From an uncultured cyanobacterium (GTDB lineage: Bacteria > Cyanobacteriota > Cyanobacteriia > Cyanobacteriales > CAWCAG01), in assembly GCA_963803805.1 (NCBI GenBank), contig CAWDOD010000011.1:224001-288000 (forward strand): 64,000 nucleotides of DNA, written 5' to 3'. The notes beneath the pieces were generated by a model. The model had not been told where the DNA came from. It saw only the letters and a program-made list of their open reading frames with translations, and did no database searches. Positions 38,199-47,706 of this stretch are shown here, one piece after another. Position 1 is the stretch's first letter; the number at the start of each line of letters is the position of its first letter. Both the position numbers and the translations under genes were made by a program.

Positions 38199-39374
38199 CT
38201 AAGCCCGCCGTAGGTGTCGCAACGCTAAAGTACCTAGAGTGAGTAAGCTAATGGCAACAACGCGGAGTTGATTGTTCCAGGTTAGGTTGAATTCTCCTAG
38301 GTAGTGAGAACCAAGAAAGATAGTGTGGAGAGTGGCGAAGATCAAAGCAGGAACGGTTAAAAGATGAATTTGTCGCCAACGCTTACCTAAAATTTGCTGC
38401 CAGTGATCAAAGCTAGTACAGGCAGCAGGGAGCATTAATAATAAAGCTACTGCCCCAGCAATCATCCCTAAACGGTGTTGGAGTAAAAGGAATGAAAAGC
38501 TTTGTAGTTGCCAGTTTAAACTATGAGCGAGCATATGGGCTGTATGGGCGATCGCTAGGATGAAAGCCCCCACACCAATGGCTCTACGGTATTGTAGGGG
38601 CTGTTTCCAGAGGTTACTAAGGGGGCGGGCTATTAAGGCTAAGATCAACAGTATTAGGGAACTATGACCTGTATAATCCACCATGGCATCGGTACGCAAC
38701 AGAGTTAAAATACCAATAGTGAGGGTTAGCCAGCCCCCAAGACGAAATAACTGACTACGATGGGAGGCACTAAGGCGAGATGCTGATATGCCTACACCAA
38801 GCATTACTGGGGTGGTTCCTAAACCAAAACAAACCATGGTAGTTGCCCCTAACCAAAGATTTCCTGTTTGTGCGGCTTTGATTTGTGCTGCATAAAGGAA
38901 ACCACAGGGAATTAAACCCCAAAAGCTACCTAATAATCCAGGAATCCACCATTGAGTTTGCGAGGAAAGTTTGCTCATGATGCGGCTTAAACCGTTATGC
39001 AAACTTCCTTGTAAAGGATGTAAGACAGGTAGTTTGGGTAGAAAGTCTGGTTTGATTTGTCCTAAGCCAAACCAAATTAATAACAAACCTGTAAAAATCA
39101 CTATGCCTTGACGCAGTTCACTACCAATACCAACTAATTGTCCACTAGCAATGGCCACTGAACCAACTGTTCCTAATATTGCACCAACGCAACCATAGCT
39201 CAATATGCGCCCTAAGTTAAGCAAAAGGTGAAAAGCAAAGCTAGAAAGCCAATTACTTTGTTTTTCTTTTTGAGAAAGAGAAAATGCCACACTCAAAGGG
39301 CCACACATTCCAGCACAATGGCCAAAACTACCCAAAAATCCTAAAGAGGCAATTAGCAGTAAGTCTAACGACAT
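38199..39374 (-). CDS. TauE/SafE-DsbD_2-like membrane protein fused to a ferric-reductase-like TM domain
   Basis: GHCAGMCGP and GLIPCGFLY motifs; C-terminal RR.IG...H, TS....LG..W..IH...LH heme-ligand pattern. Confidence 0.82.
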   Translation of the reverse strand: MSLDLLLIASLGFLGSFGHCAGMCGPLSVAFSLSQKEKQSNWLSSFAFHLLLNLGRILSYGCVGAILGTVGSVAIASGQLVGIGSELRQGIVIFTGLLLIWFGLGQIKPDFLPKLPVLHPLQGSLHNGLSRIMSKLSSQTQWWIPGLLGSFWGLIPCGFLYAAQIKAAQTGNLWLGATTMVCFGLGTTPVMLGVGISASRLSASHRSQLFRLGGWLTLTIGILTLLRTDAMVDYTGHSSLILLILALIARPLSNLWKQPLQYRRAIGVGAFILAIAHTAHMLAHSLNWQLQSFSFLLLQHRLGMIAGAVALLLMLPAACTSFDHWQQILGKRWRQIHLLTVPALIFATLHTIFLGSHYLGEFNLTWNNQLRVVAISLLTLGTLALRHLRRA

Positions 39375-39455
39375 TTTAAAAGTAAGGGATGTAGTTATCA
39401 TTAAAATACATGACTTTGACTTGATGATTTACTCTAGCTGAGGAGGCTTGCACCA

Positions 39456-40022
39456 ATGACTTTTAACTTCTTCATGCCTCCTGTACTTGCCCATAATGTC
39501 AAAACCGATGCTGATGTCGGGGCAACTTTTCATATTGAGCCTAATCATAATCCTCGTGCGGGAGAACCTACCAAAGCTTGGTTTGCCCTAACTCGTGCTG
39601 GGGGGGAGATTATTCCTTTAGCAGAATGTGATTGTCAATTAGCAGTATATTCTCAAACCGCACCAGAAGGAGAAAAACCGATTCTGGAGCCAACCCTAGA
39701 AGGCATTACCGCAGAACAATATCAAGGCATTCCCGGAGCAGATTTAGTTTTCCCTAAAGCTGGAAGCTATGAATTGCGATTAACCGGGAGTTCTAAGTCT
39801 GGGGATGCTTTCCAACCCTTCCAATTATCCTACACTGTGAATGTGAGTAATGGTCAAGTTGCTTCGCCATCTCCTACAGAAATTGCTTCTTCTCCAAGAG
39901 AAGCTGAAACAGTATCTTCTCATGCTTCTATTACTCAATGGTTGATTCCTGGGGTAATTATTGCTCTTATTTTAGGTGTAGGTATTTGGTGGTGGCGAAA
40001 TAAAGGAACAAAACTATCTTGA
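39456..40022 (+). CDS. Exported protein with C-terminal membrane anchor, hypothetical
   Basis: AH start after a short leader; HIEPNH and C.C motifs; C-terminal TM followed by basic residues. Confidence 0.75.
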   Translation: MTFNFFMPPVLAHNVKTDADVGATFHIEPNHNPRAGEPTKAWFALTRAGGEIIPLAECDCQLAVYSQTAPEGEKPILEPTLEGITAEQYQGIPGADLVFPKAGSYELRLTGSSKSGDAFQPFQLSYTVNVSNGQVASPSPTEIASSPREAETVSSHASITQWLIPGVIIALILGVGIWWWRNKGTKLS

Positions 40023-40078
40023 AATTAATCCTATAAAATAGGATTTAGCCTTTATTATTTAAGCCGGAGAATTTTTTA

Positions 40079-40333
40079 ATGAATAAATTCATTTTCACCC
40101 TATTTGTTTGTGGCAGCAGTTTAGCAGCAGTTATTTTATTCGCTAATACCGCTTTTGCTACTCCTTTAGTTACAGAAAATTTTCATCCCACATTTCCTAT
40201 TGCGCCTACTCAATTAGTTAATATTAACCAAGCAAATCCTCACCTAATTTCAGTGTTTAAACAAAGCGATCCTCTACAAGAGCATTTGGGTTGTAGCTGC
40301 GCTATTTGTAGTGGAATACAGCAATTTAACTAA
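40079..40333 (+). CDS. Small secreted protein with C-terminal HxGCSCAIC motif
   Basis: GGAG RBS; signal peptide ending AFA. Confidence 0.7.
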   Translation: MNKFIFTLFVCGSSLAAVILFANTAFATPLVTENFHPTFPIAPTQLVNINQANPHLISVFKQSDPLQEHLGCSCAICSGIQQFN

Positions 40334-40376
40334 TATCATTTACTATTAAAGATTAATTATTCTAGGACTACTATAG

Positions 40377-40534
40377 GGGAGCATCTCAAATTGGTAAATA
40401 CAGGCTTTAGCCGTCAACTTGATATTAGCTTCACTGAAGCAGCAAGAAATGTATTCTTAAAGCTAACAGCTAACAGCTAACAGCTAATAGCTAACTTCAC
40501 AGACAAACTATTTCTGCAAAACTGAGATGCTCCC
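40377..40534. mobile_element. 158-bp MITE with 12-bp TIRs and 8-bp target-site duplication
   Basis: TIR GGGAGCATCTCA / TGAGATGCTCCC; flanked by TACTATAG at 40369-40376 and 40535-40542; internal (GCTAACA)n tract. Confidence 0.85.
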
Positions 40535-40616
40535 TACTATAGTGAAGACCTGTTGATTTACGGGTCTATTTTTATTTGCTTTTTTATATGATAATTTAAA
40601 GTTGGGAAAAAATATT

Positions 40617-41270
40617 ATGTATCAACAACTAAGCCTTCTTGATAATCAGAAAAATAAAGAAGGCAAACTAGAAGAAGCCCCAGATAAATATCAATTAATT
40701 TCTATACCTGATGGCGAGATATTTCTTGTCCCTCACTTTTTTAATCAAGAAGAAAGTGACTCTTTATTTGCTACTTTGCATCAGGAAATTCAATGGAGAC
40801 AAGATTTTATTAAAATGTATGGTAAATCTATTCCTCTGCCTAGATTAACGGCTTGGTATGGAGAGGAAGGCAAGTCTTATACCTACTCAAAAATACAAAT
40901 GAATCCTACCCCTTGGACAAATAGTTTGTTGAAGATTAAATCCCGAATTGAAAAGCTGGTTGAAGTAGAGTTGAATAGTGTTTTAATTAATCTTTATCGT
41001 GATGGTAAAGATAGTGTCGCTTGGCATAGCGATGATGAACCAGAATTAGGAAATATGCCAGTTATTGTCTCTGTAAGTTTTGGTGGAGCCAGACGTTTTG
41101 TACTTAAGCATAAACATAACAAAAACCTCGGAAAAGTTGCTCTCAAGCTAAGTCATGGTAGCTTGTTAGTTATGAAAGGAAACACACAAGCAGCTTGGCA
41201 GCATCAAGTTCCTAAAACTGCTAAAAAAGTTGCTCCCAGAATTAACTTAACTTATAGAAAAATTAATTAA
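40617..41270 (+). CDS. alkB: AlkB-family 2OG-Fe(II) dioxygenase (ALKBH2/3-like)
   Basis: PRLTAWYG, N.Y..G.DSVAWHSDDE, H.VPK, RINLTYR. Confidence 0.9.
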   Translation: MYQQLSLLDNQKNKEGKLEEAPDKYQLISIPDGEIFLVPHFFNQEESDSLFATLHQEIQWRQDFIKMYGKSIPLPRLTAWYGEEGKSYTYSKIQMNPTPWTNSLLKIKSRIEKLVEVELNSVLINLYRDGKDSVAWHSDDEPELGNMPVIVSVSFGGARRFVLKHKHNKNLGKVALKLSHGSLLVMKGNTQAAWQHQVPKTAKKVAPRINLTYRKIN

Positions 41271-41376
41271 GAGGGAAAAAGTTTTTCTTGCCTTTGACTC
41301 TTTTATCTAACTATATTTAGATCAGATTCTGTTTTGGGAATAATAACTTCAAACCTTTAACCTGCAAGCTATAAGT

Positions 41377-42342
41377 ATGAAGCAGACTATCTATTTGGGT
41401 GTAACTATTGCTTTACTAGGATTAACTACTCCTTTAGTTAAGGCACAAACAACAGAAAAACTTGCTAGTAGAAATACCATCAACCTTCTAGAAAGGGGGC
41501 AAGAAAAATATGCTGGAGGAGATTATGGAGGGGCGATCGCCAATTTTAGTAATGTCATTAATTTATCTCCAAAACTAGCCACAGCTTACTACAATCGAGG
41601 CTTGGCGAGATATAAATTAGGGGATAGTAGGGGGGCTTTTATTGATTTTAATCAATCAATTCAATTAGACAGCAATCAAGCAGACTTCTATATTAATCGG
41701 GGTTTGGTTTATGCTGAGTTGCAAAGCTATCAACAAGCCATTTTAGATTATGATCGCGGCTTAGAACTAGAAGCAGAAAACCCTTCAGCTTATAATTATC
41801 GTGGGGAAACTAAAGAGCAATTGGCAGACTTTCCGGGAGCGATCGCTGATTATACTATTGCTATTTCTTTACAGCCTCAATATACCAAAGCTTATTTAAA
41901 CCGAGGCTTACTTTATAGCAAGCTAGGTAATAATCAACTTGCCTTAGAAGATTTTAACCAGCTACAAAATCTTAATCCCCAATCAGCAGAAACTTATCGC
42001 CATCGAGGTATTGTCTTGCGACAAATGGGCGATTATGAGGGAGCAATCATTGATTATGAAATGGCTCTTGCCCTTGAACCAAGGGATTCTCTGACTTATT
42101 ATAATCGCGCGATCGCCTTAGCTAATCAAGGAGAATACTTCGCCGCTATCCAAGACTACACCGAAGCTATCAACCTCAATTCTAACTTAGCGATCGCCTA
42201 CGGTAATAGAGGGCTATTGTACCAGGAAATAGGAAATTTTTCTAAGGCTAACGAAGATTTGCGCCAAGCAGCAAAACTCTTTTTGGCTCAAAGTCAAATG
42301 GAAGATTATCTTAAAGTATTAGCTGTTTTGAGAAATTTTTAA
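41377..42342 (+). CDS. Secreted TPR-repeat protein
   Basis: Signal peptide plus about eight 34-aa AYYNRG-type TPRs. Confidence 0.9.
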   Translation: MKQTIYLGVTIALLGLTTPLVKAQTTEKLASRNTINLLERGQEKYAGGDYGGAIANFSNVINLSPKLATAYYNRGLARYKLGDSRGAFIDFNQSIQLDSNQADFYINRGLVYAELQSYQQAILDYDRGLELEAENPSAYNYRGETKEQLADFPGAIADYTIAISLQPQYTKAYLNRGLLYSKLGNNQLALEDFNQLQNLNPQSAETYRHRGIVLRQMGDYEGAIIDYEMALALEPRDSLTYYNRAIALANQGEYFAAIQDYTEAINLNSNLAIAYGNRGLLYQEIGNFSKANEDLRQAAKLFLAQSQMEDYLKVLAVLRNF

Positions 42343-42421
42343 GGGAGAAATAAACTTATTTAATAGCTTACCTAAGTGATTTTTATTGGTATTAAGTGTT
42401 TAAAAAATTACCACGAAAAAT

Positions 42422-42437
42422 TGTGATTGAAGTCACA
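42422..42437. promoter_or_regulatory. CRP-family binding site, perfect TGTGA-N6-TCACA
   Basis: TGTGATTGAAGTCACA with A/T-rich flanks. Confidence 0.6.
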
Positions 42438-42514
42438 AAAATTTCTTTAAAAAATCACTTTATACCAAGACTATTCTCACAGGTAGCCAGAGATTAAAAC
42501 AGGATAATAGTAAC

Positions 42515-42703
42515 TGTGAGGCAAGCGCCAAAGCTTTAGGTCAAATCCTTAAGGCTTTATTTAACTCCCAAGTCATCAGGGGAATTTGCAACCTCTAATT
42601 GTAATACATTGATAGTATATAAACTTTAATTTTTTCAAATTTCCTGTGTAATCTATGTGCTGAATAACGAGAGACATTCTTGTGGGGATGTCTCTTTTTT
42701 TTT
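42515..42703 (+). ncRNA. Candidate small RNA (boundaries approximate)
   Basis: ORF-free stretch between convergent genes, with GATAAT at 42503-42508, an upstream CRP-type site and a + strand rho-independent terminator. Confidence 0.4.
42670..42703 (+). terminator. Rho-independent terminator
   Basis: AGAGACATTCT-TGTG-GGGATGTCTCT followed by a T run. Confidence 0.8.
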
Positions 42704-42725
42704 GCTTGTTATTCGCAATCAACAA

Positions 42726-43034
42726 TCAACTCCAGTCTTCTTTATCCTCTCCTGAATTACCTTTTTGGTAGACTTTACCAAGAGCGTGAATTTCGCGAGT
42801 TTTAGCAAAAAGCTTTTCTTCTGTTAGTTGCCAGTTTTGTAGTACATTAGCTAAGTCGCTTTGAATATCCCTCGCACCAGGAAAATTCTTATAGCGAATG
42901 CACAATCTAGCTAGTTCAGTTAAATTATAATCATTGGCTTCCCCCCTTAACAGACGATTAACAATAATGCGATCTCGACTTTCTTGGGGATGTTTTTGAT
43001 CTCTGGTTTTGGTTTCTTTATTCATAAGTTTCAC
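42726..43034 (-). CDS. DUF3288-family protein
   Basis: DQ.HPQ...DR, ELARL.IRY..FPGARDIQ.DL, C-terminal EDWS. Confidence 0.8.
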   Translation of the reverse strand: MKLMNKETKTRDQKHPQESRDRIIVNRLLRGEANDYNLTELARLCIRYKNFPGARDIQSDLANVLQNWQLTEEKLFAKTREIHALGKVYQKGNSGEDKEDWS

Positions 43035-43070
43035 TCTTTTTGGTAGTAAGCGTGATTATACAAAAGTTAG

Positions 43071-43631
43071 ATGAAAAATATTACTTTAGGAAAATACTTA
43101 AGCTTAGAAGATTTTTGTACTTGTACCAGTACTTATAAGAAATATCAAGAACAGATTAAACCTTACCCTCAAAAATTAGAATCTATTACTGCTCTTAAAA
43201 AACTTAATCAGCTTATTATTGACCCGATCATTGATAATTTTGGGAGAGACAAATTTCAATTAACCTATGGATTTTGTTCTAGAGATTTAAAGAGATTCTT
43301 AAATAAAAAAGACCCTATAACCGGAATCAAAAATGGTCGTGTTGAGCCTTCTATTGACCAGCATATGGCTTGGGAAACGAACAGTAAAGGTAATTACTAT
43401 TGTCCCCGTTTGGGAGCTGCTTGTGACTTTTCAATCAAAGAAACAAGCAGCGCTCACGTAGTAGATTGGATTGTAACAACTAAACTTCCTTTTGATTCGG
43501 TCTATTTTTACAGTTCCCATAAACCCATTCATATCAGCTATGGGCCTCAACACAAACGAGTAATTTGGGCATTTAATGCTACAGGACAACCGACGAAGAA
43601 AGGAACAGAAAAATGGCAAACCACAAATTAA
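43071..43631 (+). CDS. Hypothetical protein with a peptidase M15-like zinc-site pattern
   Basis: DQH...GAACDF...IHISY resembles the H, D, HxH ligands of Hedgehog/DD-peptidase-fold enzymes. Confidence 0.55.
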   Translation: MKNITLGKYLSLEDFCTCTSTYKKYQEQIKPYPQKLESITALKKLNQLIIDPIIDNFGRDKFQLTYGFCSRDLKRFLNKKDPITGIKNGRVEPSIDQHMAWETNSKGNYYCPRLGAACDFSIKETSSAHVVDWIVTTKLPFDSVYFYSSHKPIHISYGPQHKRVIWAFNATGQPTKKGTEKWQTTN

Positions 43632-43769
43632 ACAAATGCCTTACTTTACTATTATTCAAGGCTTCTGGGTAACAGGTAATGGTTAATAGGTAGAAACTAC
43701 AGCTTATTTTAATTGACTTGATGAGATGTCGTTTAGAAGCAGATCAGCTTACCTCTCGTTTGCAAGTAT

Positions 43770-43780
43770 GACAGCCTGTC
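43770..43780. promoter_or_regulatory. Candidate PetR operator (GAC-N5-GTC palindrome) upstream of petJ
   Basis: GACAGCCTGTC about 70 bp before the petJ start; matches the PetR motif as I recall it. Confidence 0.55.
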
Positions 43781-43847
43781 TTTTGACTCTCATATCCACT
43801 TTGGCAAAAATGAATATATCACCTATACCAAAGAGAGGAAAGCACTT

Positions 43848-44180
43848 TTGAAGAGATTTTTATCATTGATTTGGCTAGCGATCGCCCTATTTTGCCTAAC
43901 CTGGGCTAATCCTGCTTATGCTGGGGATGCAGCTAAGGGCGCTCCAATATTCAGTGCCAACTGTGCAGCTTGTCATATGGGCGGTAATAACGTCATTAAC
44001 GGCGCTAAAACCCTCAAAAAAGATGCCTTAGAAAAATACGGTATGTTTTCTCAAGAGGCTATTGTTACCCAAGTTACCAATGGCAAGATGGCAATGCCTG
44101 CTTTTCGGGGTAAGTTGAGTGCAGAACAAATTGAAGACGTTGCAGCTTATGTTTTAGATAAAGCTGAGGCAGGTTGGTAA
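43848..44180 (+). CDS. petJ: Cytochrome c6
   Basis: Signal peptide, ANCAACH heme motif, AMPAF Met ligand, C-terminal GW; GAGGA RBS with TTG start. Confidence 0.95.
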   Translation: MKRFLSLIWLAIALFCLTWANPAYAGDAAKGAPIFSANCAACHMGGNNVINGAKTLKKDALEKYGMFSQEAIVTQVTNGKMAMPAFRGKLSAEQIEDVAAYVLDKAEAGW

Positions 44181-44194
44181 TCAATTAGGCTCAA

Positions 44195-44233
44195 GATTGA
44201 CAGATTGAATTGAAGAAAATTTGATCTGTCAAT
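44195..44233. terminator. Hairpin after petJ
   Basis: ATTGACAGAT...ATCTGTCAAT inverted repeat. Confidence 0.5.
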
Positions 44234-44318
44234 TTGCCTTTGCTCATTCTCCTCAAAACATCGAATCAGCAACTTACTGCTTGCTGTGTTCACTCAAGGG
44301 GTTTTCTTGGTTAAAGAG

Positions 44319-44762
44319 TCAGGGAGCTAACCAAGAAAAAGGCCACATAGGTAAATTTCTTAATACCCAATAGCTCAAAACCACAACTAACAAGCCCCAA
44401 ATCCATTTGCCCTTGATATAAGGCTGAGGCAACCTATAACCGGTAATAACTGGGGCGCTGTAGGCACAGAAGGCATAAATTAAATATGGCAGGAATAGCA
44501 CCATCAAAGGATTCAAATCCATTGCTGCTACAATGTTGCCGTGTAAGATTTGGTGCAAGCCGCGCATAGTGCCACACCCTGGGCAATACAAGTTTGTTAA
44601 ACTCCGAAAAGGGCTAGGGGGGAAAAAAGTGTCTGGTGCAGCAGGATCAAAGTTGTATAGTAATACAATAGCTGTTGTAATTACACCACATAACAGCGCT
44701 ACTTTGAGGCGTTTGGGAAGTAAGTCTCCCCCTTGTATAGTATCTAATCTTTGTTTCATCAT
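44319..44762 (-). CDS. DUF2752-family membrane protein
   Basis: F..LT.L.CPGCG..R, NPL, C-terminal RNLP. Confidence 0.85.
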   Translation of the reverse strand: MMKQRLDTIQGGDLLPKRLKVALLCGVITTAIVLLYNFDPAAPDTFFPPSPFRSLTNLYCPGCGTMRGLHQILHGNIVAAMDLNPLMVLFLPYLIYAFCAYSAPVITGYRLPQPYIKGKWIWGLLVVVLSYWVLRNLPMWPFSWLAP

Positions 44763-44836
44763 CGATTTAATTGTTAAGAGTGGCTTTAGCTGAATTTCCC
44801 AATTTCAAGGCAACTATTTAAAGTTTATTCACTTAA

Positions 44837-47269
44837 TCAACTCCGCAAAGTTACCCTAAATTCATCTGTCAAAGCTTCTCTAACTTTTTGATGAATAGAT
44901 TCAATATCTTGTTCTTTTAAAGTGCGATCGCTGGCTCTGTAAGCAAGACTAAAAGCCAAACTGCGCTCCCCTTCCGGCACATTTTCACCCCGATACTCAT
45001 CAAACAATTCTACCTTGTCGAGAAGTTTACCCCCGGCTTTTTTCATACCTTGAACTAATTGGGCTACAGAAATCTCTATAGGTGCAAAAAAGGCAATATC
45101 CCTCGCTGCCGCCGGATAGGTAGAAAAAGTTTGGAAGTTGCTACTTTTGCTTTCTTGTTGTTCCAAACTTTCTAAAAGTACTGGAGCAGAAAGAATAAAA
45201 ATATAAACCTCATCAGGTAAGTCTTTTTCTTTCCTTAATTGAGGATGAATTTGCCCAAAAGTTCCTAAACGTTTACCATTTATCCATAAAGAAGCAGTAC
45301 GGCCAGGATGTAATCTTTGATCTTGGTTACTAGGTTGATATTCTACTTGCAAACCCAACAAATTAAAAGCACTTTCTAAGCAACCTTTAGCCTCAAACCA
45401 ACCCATAGCATCACCTTTGCCCCCTTTTGTCCAACTTCCTTGGGGATGCAAATCTCCTCCCAAAATCCCGGCTACAGAATCAGCTTCCCCTAAACCCTCT
45501 TCCCCACGCCAAAAAATGCGCCCAAATTCAAAGGCATTAAGAGAACCATTACCCCGTGAGTAATTGTATTGGAAAGCATTAATTAAACCACCTAGTAAAT
45601 CTGTACGCAGAGATGAATACTCGCTGAATAAAGGGTTATCTAAAACAACTTCCTCCCCTTCCGGTTTAACCAAAGAGTAATGGACAACTTCTGTCAATCC
45701 TACCCCTTGAAAAGCCCGACGTACTTTACGTTTAACCTTCTCGCTACTAGGAAGATACCCCGGTTGAGTTTTACTAGGTAGGGTATCGCAAAAATGATCA
45801 TAACCGTAGAGGCGAGCAACTTCTTCAATAAGATCAATTTCCCGCTCTAAATCTCGGTAGCGATAAGGGGGAACTTTTACCATCCAAGTCTGGGACTCTG
45901 TACTAGTTAGTTGACATCCTAAAGCAGTAAGAATTTTTTCTACATCTTCTGGGGTAATGTAACCTGTACCATCTTCTAGCTTAATTTGACCCAAAATCTG
46001 ATTAATTCTACTTAAGCGTAACTCAATAGAGGGACTCCAACTACTGGGATCTGGTCTGGCATCGGCAATTGCTTGCTTAACCGGATTGCCCCCAGCAAGC
46101 TCCTGTAAAAGGGCGATCGCTCTATTGCAAGCTACTGATAATTCTGCCTGGTTAACACTACGCTCGTAACGAGCAGAGGCTTCTGTACGCAGGTTTTGAC
46201 TCCGGGAGGAGCGGCGAATAACTACAGGGTCAAAAAGAGCGGCTTCGAGGAGAATTTCTTTAGTTGTGGAGTGAACTTCTGTGGCTTCTCCTCCCATCAC
46301 CCCTGCCAAGGCTACAGGTTTTTCGTTGGCTTTGATAAGTAGGTTAGAGGATTTTAGCTGACGCTCATTACCATCTAAGGTGTTTAAAGATTCCCCTTGG
46401 GCAGAAAAGTCCACGCTAATAGTTAAATCATTGCCTCCAGCCACAGCTTGTAAACGCTCTAGATCGAAGGCGTGGAGGGGCTGTCCCCATTCCAAAAGCA
46501 CATAATTGGTAATATCAACAATATTATTAATTGGTCGTACCCCAGCCGCTTCTAAACGCCACTTTAACCATTCTGGGGAGGGTGCAATTTGTAAGTCTTT
46601 AATTACTGTACCGATATAAGCTGGACAAGCTTTAGGATCAGCAATATCTAAATTAAGGTCATCTTGGCTAGGAATTTCTAACTCTGGAGATGGGGGCAAC
46701 TTTACTTTTGCCCCAGTTAAAGCGGCAACTTCCCGTGCCACTCCTACCATACTCAAAGCATCAGCACGGTTAGCGGTGGTAGCCAAATCCAAGACAATAT
46801 CATTTAACCCCAATAAAGGGGCCACTTCCTTTCCTGGTACTAAATCTTCCCCAGGAAAAATATAAATCCCTTCAGATTCCTTGGCTAAACCTAATTCTGC
46901 TAAAGAACAAATCATCCCGGCTGAGCTTTGACCCCGCAGTTTCGCTGCCTTGATTTTAATATCTACTGCGGGTAAATAAGCCCCAACCGTCGCCACAGGA
47001 ACATAAATATCTCCCTTCACATTGGCAGCCCCACAAACAATTTGGGAAAGCTCACTTTGACCAATATCAACTTGACAAACACTTAACTTATCAGCATTAG
47101 GATGACGCTGACATTCAACAACCTTACCCACCACTACTCCAGTTGCCCAAGTATGGCGATCTTCGATTTCTTCTACCTCAAAACCTGCTACTGTCAGGGT
47201 TTGGGCCAATTCTTCTGGGGAAAGATTAACATCTACTAATTCCCGCAGCCAGTTTAAAGAGATGCGCAT
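44837..47269 (-). CDS. pheT: Phenylalanine-tRNA ligase beta subunit
   Basis: [49 protein letters not shown] tail. Confidence 0.97.
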   Translation of the reverse strand: MRISLNWLRELVDVNLSPEELAQTLTVAGFEVEEIEDRHTWATGVVVGKVVECQRHPNADKLSVCQVDIGQSELSQIVCGAANVKGDIYVPVATVGAYLPAVDIKIKAAKLRGQSSAGMICSLAELGLAKESEGIYIFPGEDLVPGKEVAPLLGLNDIVLDLATTANRADALSMVGVAREVAALTGAKVKLPPSPELEIPSQDDLNLDIADPKACPAYIGTVIKDLQIAPSPEWLKWRLEAAGVRPINNIVDITNYVLLEWGQPLHAFDLERLQAVAGGNDLTISVDFSAQGESLNTLDGNERQLKSSNLLIKANEKPVALAGVMGGEATEVHSTTKEILLEAALFDPVVIRRSSRSQNLRTEASARYERSVNQAELSVACNRAIALLQELAGGNPVKQAIADARPDPSSWSPSIELRLSRINQILGQIKLEDGTGYITPEDVEKILTALGCQLTSTESQTWMVKVPPYRYRDLEREIDLIEEVARLYGYDHFCDTLPSKTQPGYLPSSEKVKRKVRRAFQGVGLTEVVHYSLVKPEGEEVVLDNPLFSEYSSLRTDLLGGLINAFQYNYSRGNGSLNAFEFGRIFWRGEEGLGEADSVAGILGGDLHPQGSWTKGGKGDAMGWFEAKGCLESAFNLLGLQVEYQPSNQDQRLHPGRTASLWINGKRLGTFGQIHPQLRKEKDLPDEVYIFILSAPVLLESLEQQESKSSNFQTFSTYPAAARDIAFFAPIEISVAQLVQGMKKAGGKLLDKVELFDEYRGENVPEGERSLAFSLAYRASDRTLKEQDIESIHQKVREALTDEFRVTLRS

Positions 47270-47706
47270 TTACTACTAGCTTCTACCTATTCTTAATCAC
47301 TCGTGTCTTTTATCTTAAGGTAGTCTCGCCCAAGGGAGTAGTCATTGAGGCAATTTTATTGCTTACTAACACTTCAAGGCTAATTCTGGGCAAAATAGAT
47401 CTAAGTACAGCTACTTTGAAAAAAAGTAGTCTTAAGCAAGTTTGAATTAAATAAAATAAGATATCCTAGGTGGGCTAGGGAATTTTTGTGATTGATTACT
47501 ACTAACAAACAGGGTGTTCAACTCAGTCATTAGGTAAAACCACAAGGAATTATTCTTAATTTTGGTCAAATTTACTTCAAATAGTTGGCAGGAGAGTCTG
47601 TCAAAGGTTTACACTGAAAATATATCTACTTTCCCCCAAACTCTGTCAATTGAAGATTGACAAACTGCTAGTCCTAGCCCAGACAACGCAACATCGGTGA
47701 CGCTGA

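Noticed and set aside
47644-47662. Palindrome TGTCAAT-N5-ATTGACA upstream of spkB
   Set aside because: Single short palindrome that I cannot tie to a regulator or structure
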